Source: the human T2T-CHM13v2.0 reference genome, Homo sapiens. Taken from it: a stretch of 64,000 nt of DNA. This document shows, one piece after another, positions 63,569 to 64,000 of the stretch (the first letter of the stretch is position 1; each line of letters opens with the position of its first letter). A program made the translations under genes and the position numbers. The notes beneath the pieces are model-generated. The model was not told where the DNA came from, searched no databases, and saw nothing but the letters and a program-made list of their open reading frames with translations. Location: the NCBI RefSeq assembly GCF_009914755.1, contig NC_060936.1. One strand, given 5' to 3'.

Positions 63569-63742
63569 ATGCGTGTCACACTTGCTACAATAGCCTGGAT
63601 GGTTTCTTTTGTCTCCAATTATTCACACACAGCAAATATTTTGCCAGATATCGAAAATGAAGATTTCATCAAAGACTGCGTTCGAATCCATAACAAGTTC
63701 CGATCAGAGGTGAAACCAACAGCCAGTGATATGCTATACATG
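63569..63742 (+). CDS. GLIPR1: GLIPR1 (RTVP-1) first coding exon: signal peptide and start of CAP domain
   Basis: agcATGc start; MRVTLATIAWMVSFVSNYSHTANILPDIENEDFIKDCVRIHNKFRSEVKPTASDMLYM (58 codons, HN..R CAP motif); phase-0 donor gtaagg at 63743. Confidence 0.97.
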
Positions 63743-64000
63743 GTAAGGAAAATATCATTAATTGTGGCGTCAGTCAGTCAGAAACAACTAATGTGTATTG
63801 ACTTTGGTGTTAATACCTTCATAATACTGAATGATTTTTTTTTCATTGTGATTAATGTATGCAGTAAATTCACAGTCTGTGATCAAAACACATCCAGTTT
63901 AGCTCTGTCTACCCAACTGTTGTTATAAGCAAGTGCCACAGCACATTTTACTTCTCTTTGGACACTTCCTGTTTTCTGGTTTTCAGTGGATTTTACTTCT

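Noticed and set aside
63743-63928. Extension of the 151-aa ORF 63473..63928 as a novel protein
   Set aside because: It is GLIPR1 exon 1 read through a strong donor (ATG|gtaagg) into intron; the extension has no CAP similarity.

Overview
Primate (human-like) genomic DNA from the CAP-superfamily GLIPR1 cluster. The + strand carries the last three coding exons of GLIPR1L2: 5449-5534, a 27-nt microexon at 13265-13291, and 13374-13711 (TM segment plus Glu-rich tail). An alternative short, basic C-terminus arises by reading through the donor at 5535 to a stop at 5629. About 50 kb further on lie the promoter region and first coding exon of GLIPR1 (63569-63742). Most of the remainder is layered transposable elements: a full-length decayed L1PA, other L1/L2/MIR pieces, about 13 Alus, MST/THE1 MaLR proviruses, ERVL pol remnants, and solo LTR10-like, LTR5 (HML-2) and MER11 LTRs. 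Nearly all other ORFs in the track are repeat-derived. I cannot demonstrate a wholly new biological system. The best lead is a solo LTR10-like ERV1 LTR between two reported p53-responsive genes; it carries an in-phase array of p53 half-sites directly beside an expanded AT-rich tandem repeat. Other leads are a microexon that regenerates a 5' splice site, an overlapping uORF at the GLIPR1 start, a short L1 3' transduction, an Alu-L1 fusion, a locally duplicated L1 5'UTR fragment and a templated-insertion scar. Repeat subfamily names are from recognition by eye, and repeat boundaries without a TSD are approximate.
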